64,000 nt of DNA from Emiliania huxleyi CCMP1516 (taxonomy: Eukaryota), in the NCBI RefSeq assembly GCF_000372725.1, contig NW_005201102.1, forward strand, positions 124,001 through 188,000. The letters run 5' to 3'. A program made the translations under genes and the position numbers. Below, one piece after another: positions 1-12,592 of the stretch. The notes beneath the pieces were generated by a model. That model worked only from the letters and a program-made list of their open reading frames with translations, was not told the DNA's origin and searched no databases. Positions within the stretch are counted from its first letter, which is position 1, and each line of letters begins with the position of its first letter.

Positions 1-1377
1 CAGAACGGCGCCACGCCGCTGCACATGGCGTGCCAGGAGGGCCAGCTCGAGTGCGTGCGGCTGCTTCTCGAGGCTGGCGCGGCGGTCAACCAAGCCAAGG
101 ACGGCGGCTTCACGCCGCTGTTCATCGCGTGCCAGCAGGGCCACCTCGACACCGCCCGGCTGCTCCTCGAGGCTAGCGCGGCGGTCAACCAAGCCAAGGA
201 CGGGGGCTTCACGCCGCTGTTCATCGCGTGCGAGAACGGCCAACTCGAGTGCGCCCAGCTGCTCCTCGGCGCCAACGCTGACGCCGACCAAGCTAAGGAT
301 GACGGCGCCACGCCGCTGTACATTGCGTGCCAGAATGGCCGCCTCGAGTGCGCCCGGCTGCTCCTCGGCGCAAGCGCGGCGGTCAACCAAGCCAAGAACA
401 GCGGCGGCACGCCGCTGTACATCGCGTGCGAGCACGGCCAGCTCGAGTGCGTGCGGCTGCTTCTCGGCGCAAGCGCGGCGGTCAACCAAGCCAAGCAGAA
501 TGGCGCCACGCCGCTGTTCATGGCGTGCCAGAACGGCCAGCTCGAGTGCGTGCGGCTGCTCCTCGGGGCCGGCGCGGCGGTCAACCAAGCCAAGGACGGG
601 GGCTTCACGCCGCTGCACATGGCGTGCTACCAGGGCCACTCCGCCGTCGTGCTCTGCCTGCTGCGGGCGGGCGCAGACGCAGCGGCGCGCACCTCGGCCG
701 GGCGTACGGCGCTGCAGCTGGCCAAGGAGAAGGGCCACACCGAGTGCGAGCGCGCCTTTGAGGCGGCGGCGAGGGAGGCGAAGAGAGCGGAGATTGAGGC
801 GAAGGTGGAGAGGGCAGTGGCCGAGAGGGCGGCGGCAGAGAGGGTGGAGGCCGAGAGGGCGGCCGAGGAGGCTGCGGCGGCGCTGCTGGCGGAGGAGGAG
901 TCGGAGAAGTGCGCCGAGGAGAAGAAGAAGGGCAAGAAGAGGGGCAAGAAGAAGAAGCAGGGCGGCGGGGGCGGCGCTGGGCCGTCGCAAGAGCCCGAGG
1001 CGCCGGCAGAGGAGGCGGCGGAGGAGGCGGTGGCGGCGGCGGAGGAGGCGGAGCTTGCGGCGGCGCTCGAGGAGAGCGCGAGGCTGGAGGAGGGGAGGCG
1101 GGCGGCGGAGGCGCAAGGGTCGTCCTCGGCTGCAGAGGCGCCGGCTCCGAGGGAGGAGGAGCCGCCGGCCGACTTCATCTGCCCGATCACGACCGAGCTC
1201 ATGAGTGACCCGGTGATGGCGGCGGACGGGCATTCTTACGAGCGGTCGGCGATCGAGCGCTGGCTCGCGACCAAGTCGACGAGCCCGATGACGGGCGAGG
1301 CGCTCGTGCACACCTTCCTCGCCCCCAACCACATGGTGCGCCGGCAGATCCGGGAGTGGGAAGAGGCGCGGGCTTGA
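1..1377 (+). CDS. Ankyrin-repeat protein with C-terminal U-box (E3 ubiquitin ligase-like); 5' end lies outside the window
   Basis: About 7 repeats of G.TPL..AC..G.LEC.RLLL.A.A.VNQAK, an Ala/Glu linker with a KKKGKK stretch, then U-box PADFICPITTELMSDPV.AADGHSYERSAIERWL...SPMTG...L.PN..VR..I.EW. The frame is open from base 1 and the gene is intronless. Confidence 0.92.
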   Translation, partial: QNGATPLHMACQEGQLECVRLLLEAGAAVNQAKDGGFTPLFIACQQGHLDTARLLLEASAAVNQAKDGGFTPLFIACENGQLECAQLLLGANADADQAKDDGATPLYIACQNGRLECARLLLGASAAVNQAKNSGGTPLYIACEHGQLECVRLLLGASAAVNQAKQNGATPLFMACQNGQLECVRLLLGAGAAVNQAKDGGFTPLHMACYQGHSAVVLCLLRAGADAAARTSAGRTALQLAKEKGHTECERAFEAAAREAKRAEIEAKVERAVAERAAAERVEAERAAEEAAAALLAEEESEKCAEEKKKGKKRGKKKKQGGGGGAGPSQEPEAPAEEAAEEAVAAAEEAELAAALEESARLEEGRRAAEAQGSSSAAEAPAPREEEPPADFICPITTELMSDPVMAADGHSYERSAIERWLATKSTSPMTGEALVHTFLAPNHMVRRQIREWEEARA

Positions 1378-1651
1378 TCGCGATCGGTCGAGCGGGGTGG
1401 GTGCAGGGTCTCTCGGAACTGCCGCGGTTGGGCCTTGAGCGTTGAGGACCGCTGGGCTCGACGTGTGTCGTGGCCAGCGCCACACAGTTTCGAAAACATA
1501 GGTGCGTGACGCAAAATAAGAGCTGCGGCCGTACACGTCAGTGTATTGTTTATGCACTATGGACAGAGTGGCTTCGTGAAGGAATGGATTGAAAAACATT
1601 TTCGAACAAAAAGAAAAAGCGACGAGGAACCGGCGGAGGATGCAGTGACGT

Positions 1652-1889
<238 letters not shown>

Positions 1890-2681
1890 CAGTGGACACT
1901 CGACAGACTGAGATACCCCCGCACGCGTGCTATGAGGTGCTTTGCGGCGCACGGCGCACCACTGAGTCACTCTCCAGACTCCAACCGACAAAAGCCCGCC
2001 CCCCGCCCCCACCCCCCGGACAGAAAAGCCCTCATGCACCGAACCGTACTGTAATCGTACTCGTCCAGTCCGCCCGCCGCCTCCCGGATCCGGTACTGTG
2101 ATCTGTGATCTGTGATCTGTGAGGGTCCGCCCGCAGGCGCATTTTGTATACCGAGGCGGTGCCCGGTGCCGAGCGCAGGCAGAGCCCACAGGTCGGACCT
2201 TAAGACAGCGTTGTAGATCCCTGGGCGAGGGTGGTGGCGTCCCCGAGGGTTTCAGCCACACAGCTACCATTGGAACGCGACCCACACAAAGCACCAAAGT
2301 TAGGCATACCCCCCGGCGCAGTGTCCCCCCCGCTATGTGTCGCCGTTCGTCGGGGCACGCTATCCTGTGCAGTCAGGGCAAGTGGGGGCGGGGTGGACAG
2401 CCCAGGCCTTTTTGTTTCCTGGGACCTCTCTGCCCAGTCCGGGGGTGCGCGTCGAACCTTCCATCACCCTGGGAACGTCCGGGTGTTGCGGGAAGTAAAG
2501 ATATATTACTTTCAACCGCCAACGCACCTGAAAAAAGAAAGTCCTCGCGTGCTCGATATTGAGGCCGGCCCCCGCGGACCCCATGCCTCCTCCCCGCCCC
2601 ACTCTTTCTCGGCAGACAAGCTCGAAGCTGACGGGTCCAGATGTACAGTGCAGCAATGCCAATGGCCTGGGCCGGCGGCTC

Positions 2682-5117
2682 TCAGTGCAACGTCAGCCTC
2701 GGGTCCTGCGCGACGCGGCGGCTGTGGCGGCACTGACTCAGGTCGAGCGCCTGAATCTGCTCGGGCGAGAGCATCAGGTCGTCCGCCACGCCGCCCAGCA
2801 CCCGCTCCAGCTCCTGGACCCTCTTTCGGAGCGTCTCGAGCTCCTCGCGCTCGCTCGCCGTCAGTGGCAGTGGCGCGAGACCCTTCTGCGAGGCGGTCTT
2901 CTCGTCCTCCTCGGGCTCAGCGAGGGCTGCCCCGGCCGGCTCGTCGACTGCGGCGCCCGGCAACTGCCGGTCGAGAAGGAGGACGCGGTAGACGATGAGG
3001 GCGGCGCACAGGAAGCCTGTCAGCGGCACGAGTAGAGGGTCTCGGGAGGGAAGGGGGAGAAGGCTTTGGAGAGATCCGATCTTTCATCTCGTCTCGGCTC
3101 TCCCGCGTCTCGTCTACAGCTAGCTCGCCGCAGGAGGGGAAGATGGGCAGTAGCTCCCACTTCCACTGCGTGTACAGCCAGGCTCCGACGATTGGGCCCA
3201 TGAAGCCGGCGATCGCCTGAGGATGAGAGGTGAAGTAAGGTGACGGAAAGGCCGCCACGCACCGGCCGAGGCCCGGAGCTAGCCCCCCCTCTCGCCTGGA
3301 TGGAGGAAGACGTTCCCTGCACCGCTCCCTGTGAGTTCTTGTCCGCGTAAAGTGAGAGCAGCGTCGTATAGCCCGTGTTGTAAAAGGTGAAGCCTGGGCG
3401 CAAGTGGGCGAAGCGCTGTAGCAGGGCGTGGGAGGGCGGTGGCGTAATCTCATTAGTCCAAGCTGACGCTTCAATTCGGCTTTGACCTTTGTCCCGCTCC
3501 GTCTCGGATAGAACTCTCTCACCGATCGCATGTCCGATTGACATGCCCATGATAAAGACCATACCGCCGTCGAGCGTGAACCTGCGGTGTGCGCTGATAG
3601 GTCCGAATAAAGGATCTTGCCACGAGTGTGCATGGGAATGGGGAACCTGCCATCGCATGGGCCCGATGTGCGGGAGAGGAGGCAGATCGCCCAGCCCGCG
3701 CTCGCCATCGTCGCGCCCAGGATTGCCACCTGGTGCTTGCCGTACTTTTGTGCCAGCTTGGCGAAAAGCGCGAGGTTGGCAAAGATGCCTGAGCGCAGCG
3801 GGGGAGGCACGGGGAGGGGGGGGGGGGTGATCTTGCGGGCGGCGCGAGCGGCGTGACGCTCCGGGCTGTACCAATTGAGCCGGTGACTGAGGTGATAAAT
3901 CCAAACTCGCCCGCGCCCCATCCAAACTGCGAGCAGCGCGGGGCGAGTTGGATGCGCTGGGGGTGGCATCGACCTGCCTCCAGAGCTGAGCCGCTCCTAT
4001 GGTCGGGTCTGGGGCGCGCGCCTTGTCGAAGAGCCACAGACCAAACATCATCATGAAGACGCGGAACCCGAAATTGACGAGGAAGCCCGCCGCGAAGAGC
4101 CAGCGGATGATGGGCGCCTTGGCCTGCGCCAGCTCCGAGGTGGCGCGCCCGCCGTCGGCGGGGCCCTTGTCGTCGGTCTTCTTTTCGCTTCTTGGAGGCT
4201 CGTCCTAGGCGCGTGCAGGTGGCGCTAGGGTGGCGGGTGGCGTGGAGGGGCACGGGTGCAAATGGCACGGGTGCAAATGGGACGGCGGCTGACCAGGTAG
4301 AAGAGACCGAGCAGGAAGCCACACATGGCCAAGCCGGACGCAACGTAGAAGGGGAACGCGTTGCCAAACTGCGAGAGGCCGCCGCCAAAACCGGGCCCAA
4401 AGATGAGAGCCGCCTAGGGACGGGGTACCAGCTGAGGAAGGCCGCGGGAGAGAGGGCTTAGTGGGAAGAGCCGCCTGGAAGACGGAGCCGAGCCGCGCGC
4501 GGTAGAGAGGCGACTTGTCAGGCGGGAAGGCGTCGGAGATGTAGGCTTGCGCGAGAGGCTGAGGGGGAGGCGATAGCTCACGTGAGCTGGTGGCCGGAGG
4601 TCCGGGGATGCTCAGCGATGGTCGGGGCGCGAGGCACCGGGGAGGCGGAGAAGAGCCCTCCGATGAAGCGGCCGGCGAGCAGGCCGGTGTTGGAGCCAGA
4701 GAAGCCGATGACAAAAAAGCCGAGGCAGGAGCCTAGGAAGCCGACCATAAAGAAGGGCCGCCGTCCATACTTGTCGCTCAGCTTTGTCATCGCCGGTGTC
4801 GAGAAGATGGAAGCAAACTGGTACAGCGCAGAAGCGGCGGCCAATATTCTGGGGGCATCGTCCCCGCAGCTATCTTCCTCCGGCCCGACGTCGCGCGTCT
4901 CGATGCCGTCCTCCTCAGCGGAAGGGATGCACGCGGCAGGCGAGGGCGGCGGAAACAAATCCCGCGCAGAGGCATCGGAAGTGTCCTTGGCGCCGAGGCA
5001 GCCAAGGTTCTCTTTGATGATGAAAGGCATGACAGGGACCGCCATCAGTCCGCCGAACATGTCGATGAAGACGGAGAGGTAGACCACCGCAACCCCAGTC
5101 GGACCATGGAATTTCAT
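2682..5117 (-). CDS. Major facilitator superfamily transporter (TetA/DHA1-like), multi-exon
   Basis: Exons read by eye: VVYLSVFIDMFGGLMAVPVMPF; motif A-like KLSDKYGRRPFF; LLAGRFIGGLFS; LAQAYISDAFP; LIFGPGFGGGLSQFGNAFPFYVAS; FGWGAGEFG; AGFMGPIVGAWLY; last exon GFLCAALIVYRVLL...to stop at 2682. Confidence 0.85.
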
Positions 5118-5197
5118 GAAGTGCTGCGCGTCGCAAAGGGTCGTCGGGCCGTTTTGCGGCCGTCCTCTTCGAGTTGTGGAGTATCAATTCTTTTTAC

Positions 5198-5235
5198 GGT
5201 GTACCTGTGTTAGTGCCAGTGCGCGCCAGTCCCGT
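5198..5235 (-). repeat. Short dispersed intergenic repeat 'family D' (GGCACGGGACTGGCGCGCACTGGCACTAACACAGGTACACC)
   Basis: Copies at ~5198-5235(-), 18325-18372(+), 22083-22120(-), 22978-23055(-), 58420-58492(+), 61516-61547(+), 61880-61960(+), 61980-62030(+). Confidence 0.7.
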
Positions 5236-5455
5236 CGGTGTCGTTTGCAAGGCCAAAGATCCTGCTTGTTCTTTCTGCGGCGAGGACAAGTCTTTTTGCA
5301 GGGTGACTTCAGAGTACCGCACGCCCTTGAAAGCGAAATCCAACCTCTGGTTTTGGGGTCCTTATGGAATTTCTACAGGGGATTTCTCCGTAGACTCGCA
5401 GGAAGCGCGAGGAGAAGAAATCGAAAAAAAGAAATATGGCCCCGACCCAGCGCCG

Positions 5456-6613
5456 ATGGCCTCGCACCGCATCGGCGCGCGCGTCGCGGGCCTCTCGCCA
5501 GCGCAGCTGTGCGCCATCATCGAGGCGCAGTCGGGCGCGAGCGACGCCGCGCTGCGTGTGGCGGAGGAGCACGCCGCACGGCTCGTGGAGCAGCCCGAGT
5601 GGGTGCTCTCCGAGGTCCTCCTCTCTCCGGACCTCGCCCCGCACATCCTCGCTCATCTGCCGACCACGGAGCACGCCGCCAAGGGGACGTGCCGCGCGTG
5701 GCGCCGCGGCTGGAAGGAGGCGCTGAAGAAGCGCGAGAGGCCGCGCCTGCTCGTGATCGGCGGCTACGGCGGCGATGGCGAGCGCCTCAACTCGCTGGAG
5801 CGGTTCGACCCGTCCACAAATGAGTGGGAGGAGGAGGAGGCTGTTGCGCCGATGCCGACGGCACGAAACTATGCCGGCATGGCGGTGCTCGACGGCAAGC
5901 TCTACGCCGCGGGCGGCCAACTAGAGAATCAGGCTGTCCTCGTAACTGCCAACTTGGTGGAGCGGTACGACTTGGCTACGAACGCGTGGGAGGCGGTGTC
6001 GTCGATGCTGACGGCGCGGGCACAGTTTGGGATGGCGGTGCTCGACGGCAGGCTGTACGCTGCGGGCGGCGTCAACGAAGACGACGGCGCCCTCAGCTCG
6101 GTCGAGCGGTACGATCCCGCGACGAACGCGTGGGAGGAGGTGGCGCCGATGGCAGAGACGCGGCATGAGGACGTCGCGGTGCTCGACGGCAAGCTTTATG
6201 CCATGGGTGGCATCAACAATGGCGCCCTTGGCTCGGTGGAGCGGTACGACCCCGTGACAAACGTCTGGGAGGAAGTGGTGCCGATGGCGACGGCGCGGTT
6301 TTCTCACGCCGTCGCGGTGCTCGACGGCAAGCTTTATGCTGTGGGTGGCTGCAACAATGGCGCCCTTGGCTCGGTGGAGCGGTACGATCCCATGACGAAC
6401 GTCTGGGAAGAAGTGGTGCCGATGACGAGAGCGCGACACATTCATGGCGTGGCGGTGCTCGACGGCACGCTGTATGCTGTGGGCGGCGCCCACAGCGGCC
6501 ACAACAACGCCCACCTAAACTCGGTGGAGCGGTATGTCCCGGCTGCGAATGCGTGGGAGGCGGTGGCGCCGATGGCGAGCGTGCGGGCTTATCCGGGATG
6601 TGTCTCTGTCTGA
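5456..6613 (+). CDS. Kelch-repeat protein with N-terminal F-box-like motif, intronless
   Basis: LLSPDLAPHILAHL...CRAWR (F-box-like), then about 6 kelch repeats (AVLDGKLYA.GG...SVERYDP.TN.WE.V.PM..AR). ATG at 5456 is in frame with ORF 5174..6613. Confidence 0.9.
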   Translation: MASHRIGARVAGLSPAQLCAIIEAQSGASDAALRVAEEHAARLVEQPEWVLSEVLLSPDLAPHILAHLPTTEHAAKGTCRAWRRGWKEALKKRERPRLLVIGGYGGDGERLNSLERFDPSTNEWEEEEAVAPMPTARNYAGMAVLDGKLYAAGGQLENQAVLVTANLVERYDLATNAWEAVSSMLTARAQFGMAVLDGRLYAAGGVNEDDGALSSVERYDPATNAWEEVAPMAETRHEDVAVLDGKLYAMGGINNGALGSVERYDPVTNVWEEVVPMATARFSHAVAVLDGKLYAVGGCNNGALGSVERYDPMTNVWEEVVPMTRARHIHGVAVLDGTLYAVGGAHSGHNNAHLNSVERYVPAANAWEAVAPMASVRAYPGCVSV

Positions 6614-6890
6614 GATTACTTTCTCGCCCGTCTCTCGACGTCTCAGGTCCCAGGGTCTCGGAGTCTCGGGGCGGTGCGACCGTGAAATTCTGAAATACTG
6701 AGCCGACACCCGTGATTTTGAAAGCGTGGGTGTCCTGTGTGGCCACAGTTTTAGATTGTCATATCCGTGTGATTTTTTAATTTTTGCAATGTTGACGCCG
6801 TCAAAAAGAGGCGGATGAACACCGCCGAAGTGCAAGCCTCGAAGTGAGTCGTTGCCCGTTTCCTCACCCCTCGCCCTCCCCGCCCTGTCG

Positions 6891-8928
6891 ATGGAGCCTC
6901 CAGCTCGTGGTGCGGAGTCGCAAGAGCACGTCTTGTCGCCGACGAGGCGTCGATTTGGCGTCTGGTCGTCCTCGTCGTCCACGACCCGCTCGTCTCGCGG
7001 TACGGGCTCCCTCTTTGCCCAGCTCCGCCCCGGGTCGGCGGCGGCGGCGGCGGCGGCGGCGGCCGAGGCTGCTGCCGAGGCTGCTGCCGAGGCTGCTGCC
7101 GCAGCAGAGGCGGCGGCGCAGGCAGCCGCGTGGGAGAGGGCGCACGCCGGCGACGGCGATGGCATCGCCTCGGCCACCGCTTCTGTCCGGTCGTCCGCGT
7201 CCGACGCCGAAGCATCGTGGGCATCGGCGGACCAAGATGCCGGCGGGCCGTCGTACTGCTCGGCGGTCGCGTGGGCGGCGGCTCGCCGCGCCTCGGCGGC
7301 GGCGGCCGCTTCCGCAAAGGCGTCGCAAGCGCTCGTTGCAGACCTCGAGCGGCCTCGCCCCGGCAGCGCCGGCCTCGCTGGGCGCTCCGGCGGCTCCCCG
7401 GCTCCCCTGAGCACGTCCCTGCTGCAGCGGCTGGCGCCTCCGTCGCCGCGCCGCCGCCTCAGCCGCGCCACCTCCGCGGTTGCGCCGTCGTGTCAGCGGG
7501 ACAGTCCTCCCGGCGCCGCTCAGCGGTCCCTGTCGGAGCTGCCGGCGAGGTGGAGGCCGCGACTCGAAGCCGACGGACGCTGTCGTCGCGTTCAAGGCGG
7601 CGGCGGTCGCTCGTCGGTCCACGCCGCGCCGCCTCCCTCGCCGAGCTGTGAACGGCGTCTCTTCACACCTCTCCTCCCGTGAACAGGTCCACGCCGCGCC
7701 GCCGCCCCTCTCGCGGCGGGCTGCGAGTGGCGGCGCGCTGCCGCCGATTCGAGACCGCTGCAGCGAGCACACCTCCTCTTTGGGGGAGGCGCCCCGGGGG
7801 AGCGGCGTGCAGGTGTGTGCGCGCCTCGCCCACGCCGCGCGCGCACCGGCGCCTTGCCACTGGTGGTAGCAGGCCACTTCTGGCGTGATGGATTGGTCGC
7901 CTCTCTGCGTCTCTACCCCGCCCTCTACGCCTCACCCCTCTCTCCCCCGCCGCTATGCCCCACCCCTCTCCCCCGCCGCTACCCCACCCCTCTCCCCCAA
8001 GCTACCTCACCCCTCTACCCCCCGCCGCTACCCCACCCCTCTCCCCCAAGCTACCTCACCCCTCTACCCCCCGCCGCTACCCCACCCCTCTCCCCCAAGC
8101 TACCTCACCCCTCTACCCCCCGCCGCTACCCCACCCCTCTCCCCCAAGCTACCTCACCCCTCTACCCCCCGCCGCTACCCCACCCCTCTCCCCCAAGCTA
8201 CCTCACCCCTCTACCCCCCGCCGCTACCCCGCCCCCGCTACCCCGCCCCCTCTACCCCCTTAGGGCTCGCCCCACTCGCTGCAGCAGCACGCCGCGGCCA
8301 CCGACTCGCTGCTCGTCTCGGCGCGAGATCTGGGGAGATCTGGGGAGATCTGGGGAGATCTGGGGAGGTCTGGGAGGTCTGGGGAGATCTGGGGAGGTGT
8401 GGGGAGGTATGGGGAGGTATGGGGAGGTGTGGGGAGGTATGGGGAGATGTGGGGAGATGTGGGGAGATGTGGGGAGATGTGGGGAGATGTGGGGAGATGT
8501 GGGGAGGTACGCACCGCCTCCACTCCTCTCGTCTCGGCGCGGCAGCGGCGGCGGCGCGCCCCCGCACACACACCTCCCCACATCTCCTCACACCTCCCTC
8601 CCCGCCCCCCCCACCCGCCCCCCCCCGGCTCCCAGGCGCGGCAGCAGCGGCGGCGCGCCTCCTCGTTCGAGGGCGTGGAGGAGCGAGAGGGGGCCACGAG
8701 ATGACCGAGATTGTGATGCCCGGGATGAGCCGAGATTACCCGAGATTGTGATGCCCGGGATGGCCCGAGATGACCCGAGATGACCCGAGGTTGCCCCGAG
8801 AGATGAGCCCAGATGGCCCAATGATGGCCGAGATGCCCCGAGATTGCCCCGAGATTGCCCCGAGATTGCCCGAGACGACCCGCGCGTCGCGCCGCAGGAG
8901 CAGCTCGTCTCGAAGCCGCCGCCGCCGC

Positions 8929-8959
<31 letters not shown>

Positions 8960-11928
8960 GCTGCAGCACGCGCGCAGCTCCGACTTTGGAAGCGATTTTG
9001 CGGGTGACTTTGCCTCCCAGCGGCGGACCTCGTTTGGCAGGAGCGAGTCGTGGCAGAGCGAGGAGGCGACCTCATGGGGCGAAAGAATCTGGTCATCCCC
9101 ANNNNNNNNNNNNNNNNNNNNNNNNNNNNNNNNNNNNNNNNNNNNNNNNNNNNNNNNNNNNNNNNNNNNNNNNNNNNNNNNNNNNNNNNNNNNNNNNNNN
9201 NNNNNNNNNNNNNNNNNNNNNNNNNNNNNNNNNNNNNNNNNNNNNNNNNNNNNNNNNNNNNNNNNNNNNNNNNNNNNNNNNNNNNNNNNNNNNNNNNNNN
9301 NNNNNNNNNNNNNNNNNNNNNNNNNNNNNNNNNNNNNNNNNNNNNNNNNNNNNNNNNNNNNNNNNNNNNNNNNNNNNNNNNNNNNNNNNNNNNNNNNNNN
9401 NNNNNNNNNNNNNNNNNNNNNNNNNNNNNNNNNNNNNNNNNNNNNNNNNNNNNNNNNNNNNNNNNNNNNNNNNNNNNNNNNNNNNNNNNNNNNNNNNNNN
9501 NNNNNNNNNNNNNNNNNNNNNNNNNNNNNNNNNNNNNNNNNNNNNNNNNNNNNNNNNNNNNNNNNNNNNNNNNNNNNNNNNNNNNNNNNNNNNNNNNNNN
9601 NNNNNNNNNNNNNNNNNNNNNNNNNNNNNNNNNNNNNNNNNNNNNNNNNNNNNNNNNNNNNNNNNNNNNNNNNNNNNNNNNNNNNNNNNNNNNNNNNNNN
9701 NNNNNNNNNNNNNNNNNNNNNNNNNNNNNNNNNNNNNNNNNNNNNNNNNNNNNNNNNNNNNNNNNNNNNNNNNNNNNNNNNNNNNNNNNNNNNNNNNNNN
9801 GGCTCCTAACCTAAGCTCGGCCGATCTCGCGATCTCGCGGGTCCTCTCGATCTCGCGGGTCATCTCGCGCTCTCCCGTGTCCCACGCTGCCGAGCGGGTG
9901 CAGCGGCGGGCTCGCAAGATGCTGGCGAAAGCGAGGCTGCGCGAGGAGGCGAGAGATATGGGGGAGAGATGGGGAGAGATGGGGCGATATGGGCGGAAGG
10001 GAGGCTGCGCGCGGAGGCGAGAGAGGACCGGAGATTGCCGGAGATAGCCGGACAGATTGCCACCCACACAAATTCTGGGGGAGGGGGGGGGGGGGGAGGG
10101 GGGGGGAGGGGGGGGGGGACAAAACCCACCCCGCCCTGTGCGCTTCAAGGCCCGGCCCTTGCCCCAGGCTACCGCCGTGTGGTGGTGGTGTGGGGAGAGA
10201 GGTGTAGGTGTGGGTGTGTGTGCCTGACCTCTCCCCTTCTCGATTGCCACTCTCCCCCACCCCGCGTCTCAAGGCGACCCGCCCGCGGCCAACCGACGCA
10301 CTGGGGCGGCGGATGCACCTCGACTCGGCAGCCACCTCCGCCTCTCGCGCCGCGCGCAGTGGCTGTGAACAGAGCCTCCTCACGCCGCCGAGCCAGTGAA
10401 CAGGCCATATCTCCCCATATCTCCCCATATCTCGCCATATCTCCCCATATCTCCGAGCCAGTGAACAGGCCCCGCCAGCTGGAGGAGGCAGACACGCGCT
10501 GCTGCCGTGAACAGCGCCTCTTCACGGCCGCGCGCGCCTGTGAGCAGGCCATCCTCGACTTTTGCGTGGAGCAGTGCCGCAAGTGGCTCTCGCCTCCAAA
10601 GTCTCGCCCCACCGCCCGCCCCGCCGCTTTCGGCGCGCCTGCGCCCGCCGCGCCGCCGCCGTCCGACGTGGCGCCGGCAGACGAGCAGCCGGTGCCAGAG
10701 CCGGTGCTCGGGCTGCTGCGGATCCCTCTGGGCGAGAGCGGCTGCCACGAGAGGGCGGTCGCCGCCGTCGCCGCCGGCTCGGACCTGCTCTCGGAGCTAG
10801 AGGCGCACGCGCACGCACTCGCCGGCGAGGTGGGCGGCGCCCCCCCCCCCCCCCCCCTCCCACACCCCGCACGCGCCGCTCCCCCCACGCGCACCGGGCC
10901 GCCTTGCACGTTTCAATGCACGTTTCAATGCTCCTGCCTTCTGGGCGTGGAGTCGCGAGGGGTTTCTGGCCCTCGCCCCACCACGCCACACGCTGGTGAG
11001 TGGGGAAGCGTACCTCACAGCCCCCCCCCCCCCCCCCCTGACCTTCCTTAGACCGGCGCCTCTCCCTCCGCGGTGCTCTGCCGGCTCTGGCAGCAGCTGC
11101 TGACCTCTGAGGCGGGGCACGCCGAGGACGAGCCGCACCAGGCCGACCGCGCTGGCCGCCCCGACGCGAGCCGGAGGAGCCGGGGGTGGGGGACCGGCCG
11201 TGGCGACGCTGCAGCGCCACCGCTTGCCGCGCTCAGGCGCGCGCATTGCACGCACACACTCGCAGACGAGACGCACGTGCACACCGGCACACGCACGCAC
11301 GCACGCACGCACGCACCGCTCACGCACTGGGTTTTGCACTCTGAATGCCGTGCGGCTTCTGTCTTTGGACACAGAGCCCCCCCCCCCCCCTAGAAGGCGG
11401 AGCTGCGCCAGGCGCTGGTGTGGCACGAAATCCAAGGCGCGTTGAACTATTTCAAGAACCACGCGTTCTGTTGGCAAGAACTCCGTNNNNNNNNNNNNNN
11501 NNNNNNNNNNNNNNNNNNNNNNNNNNNNNNNNNNNNNNNNNNNNNNNNNNNNNNNNNNNNNNNNNNNNNNNNNNNNNNNNNNNNNNCCACCCACCACTTT
11601 GTGTGGGTGGAGGACGTTCATCTGACTTCAGGCGCACCCCGCCCCCCCGCCGCCGAGCCGGTCACGGCCGAAAAAGACCGGGTGGACCGACTTGGAGGCG
11701 ATCGTCGGCGGCGCCGAGGTCGCGGCGAGGCTCCGCGTCGGCTCGCAGCAGCTGCGAGCGTCGCTACGGCTCTCGCTCGACGACGCCGCGGACCTAAAGC
11801 TGGCAGCGCAAGTGCTGCGCGATTCGGCCCCGCTCTTGGCCCGTGTCGGGCGACAGGCCGCCGCGGGCGGCGCGTCGGCAGACGAGCGGCTGCGTCGGTT
11901 GGTGCCGCCGACCCCCGCGCCGCGTTGA
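6891..11928 (+). CDS. Multi-exon hypothetical protein (interrupted by two N-gaps)
   Basis: Exon-like pieces joined by plausible splice sites: MEPPARG...SS|VHAAPPPLS..., AILDFCVEQCRKWL..., AVLCRLWQQLL, KAELRQALVWHEIQGALNYFKNHAFCWQELR, LEAIVGGAEVAARL...stop 11928. No recognised domain; this may be more than one gene. Confidence 0.4.
7960..8250. repeat. 49-bp C-rich minisatellite (~5 copies), followed by a (GGGGAGATCT/GT)n 10-mer array at 8326-8508
   Basis: Unit accccacccctctcccccaagctacctcacccctctaccccccgccgct recurs at 7981, 8030, 8079 and onward. Confidence 0.9.
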
Positions 11929-12424
11929 GTGAGGCTCGCACTCTCGCTCTAGAGGATGGGGTCAGACTGTTCGAGCGCGTCGCCTCGGAGAGGCGTCGAT
12001 GGGGGTGAGCAAGTGAAACACACATATCGTCATGAAACATCTAACATGAACCGGCACCGTGCCGGTCATGAAGATGAACAACAGGCTCAAGCCACACCTC
12101 CGGCTTTATATGTCAAATGTGTTCTTGATTGTCTTAGATTGTCTATAACTATGTATTTTAGCCATTTAGGGGACGGCTAGAGAGTAGAGTGCGATTTGTG
12201 GTTTGTCGGGAGAGAGGGGCAGGCTGCTCACCCACGTGCACCGGGCCAGTGCTAGCACTTTGAATGCCGTGGGGCTCCTGCCCGTGTCCGGGTGTGGAGA
12301 TGCGAGGGTCGCCCCGCCTTGCCCCACCACTTTGTGTGTGTGGAGAAATTTACCTTACCTTTGTAGAGCGCTCCAAGAATGGTTGGGTAGTAGGGCTAGA
12401 GGGTCGCTCTACACTTAGCCTCTG

Positions 12425-12592
12425 CAGCGATCGAGCCATCATGGCGGCGTCCATCAGCAGGGTAACGTTGCTTGCTTTGCCATGCTCGCGCGTGGTATTT
12501 GCTCGCCCGCCTCTCTCGAGCCACGAACGCACCGCCGCTTCGTCGCCTCGCAACACCGCGGCCACGTGCGGCTCGGCCGCGCTGGACATCAA
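12425..12592 (-). pseudogene. Relic of an ankyrin-family gene (N-cap of the 59-61 kb gene family)
   Basis: RGDEAAVRSWLERGGRANTT...VTLLMDAA matches RGDEAALLAWLESGGRVNAT...VTALILAA at ~59065; it degenerates just before a family A repeat. Confidence 0.6.

Noticed and set aside
299..1204. Numerous Arg/Ala/Pro-rich overlapping or antisense ORFs throughout the window
   Set aside because: Shadow ORFs expected in very GC-rich DNA; a different frame carries the recognisable protein.
8770..10250. Long ORFs spanning 9102-9800 (also 11487-11586 and 40585-40684)
   Set aside because: Artefacts of N-gaps, which contain no stop codons.
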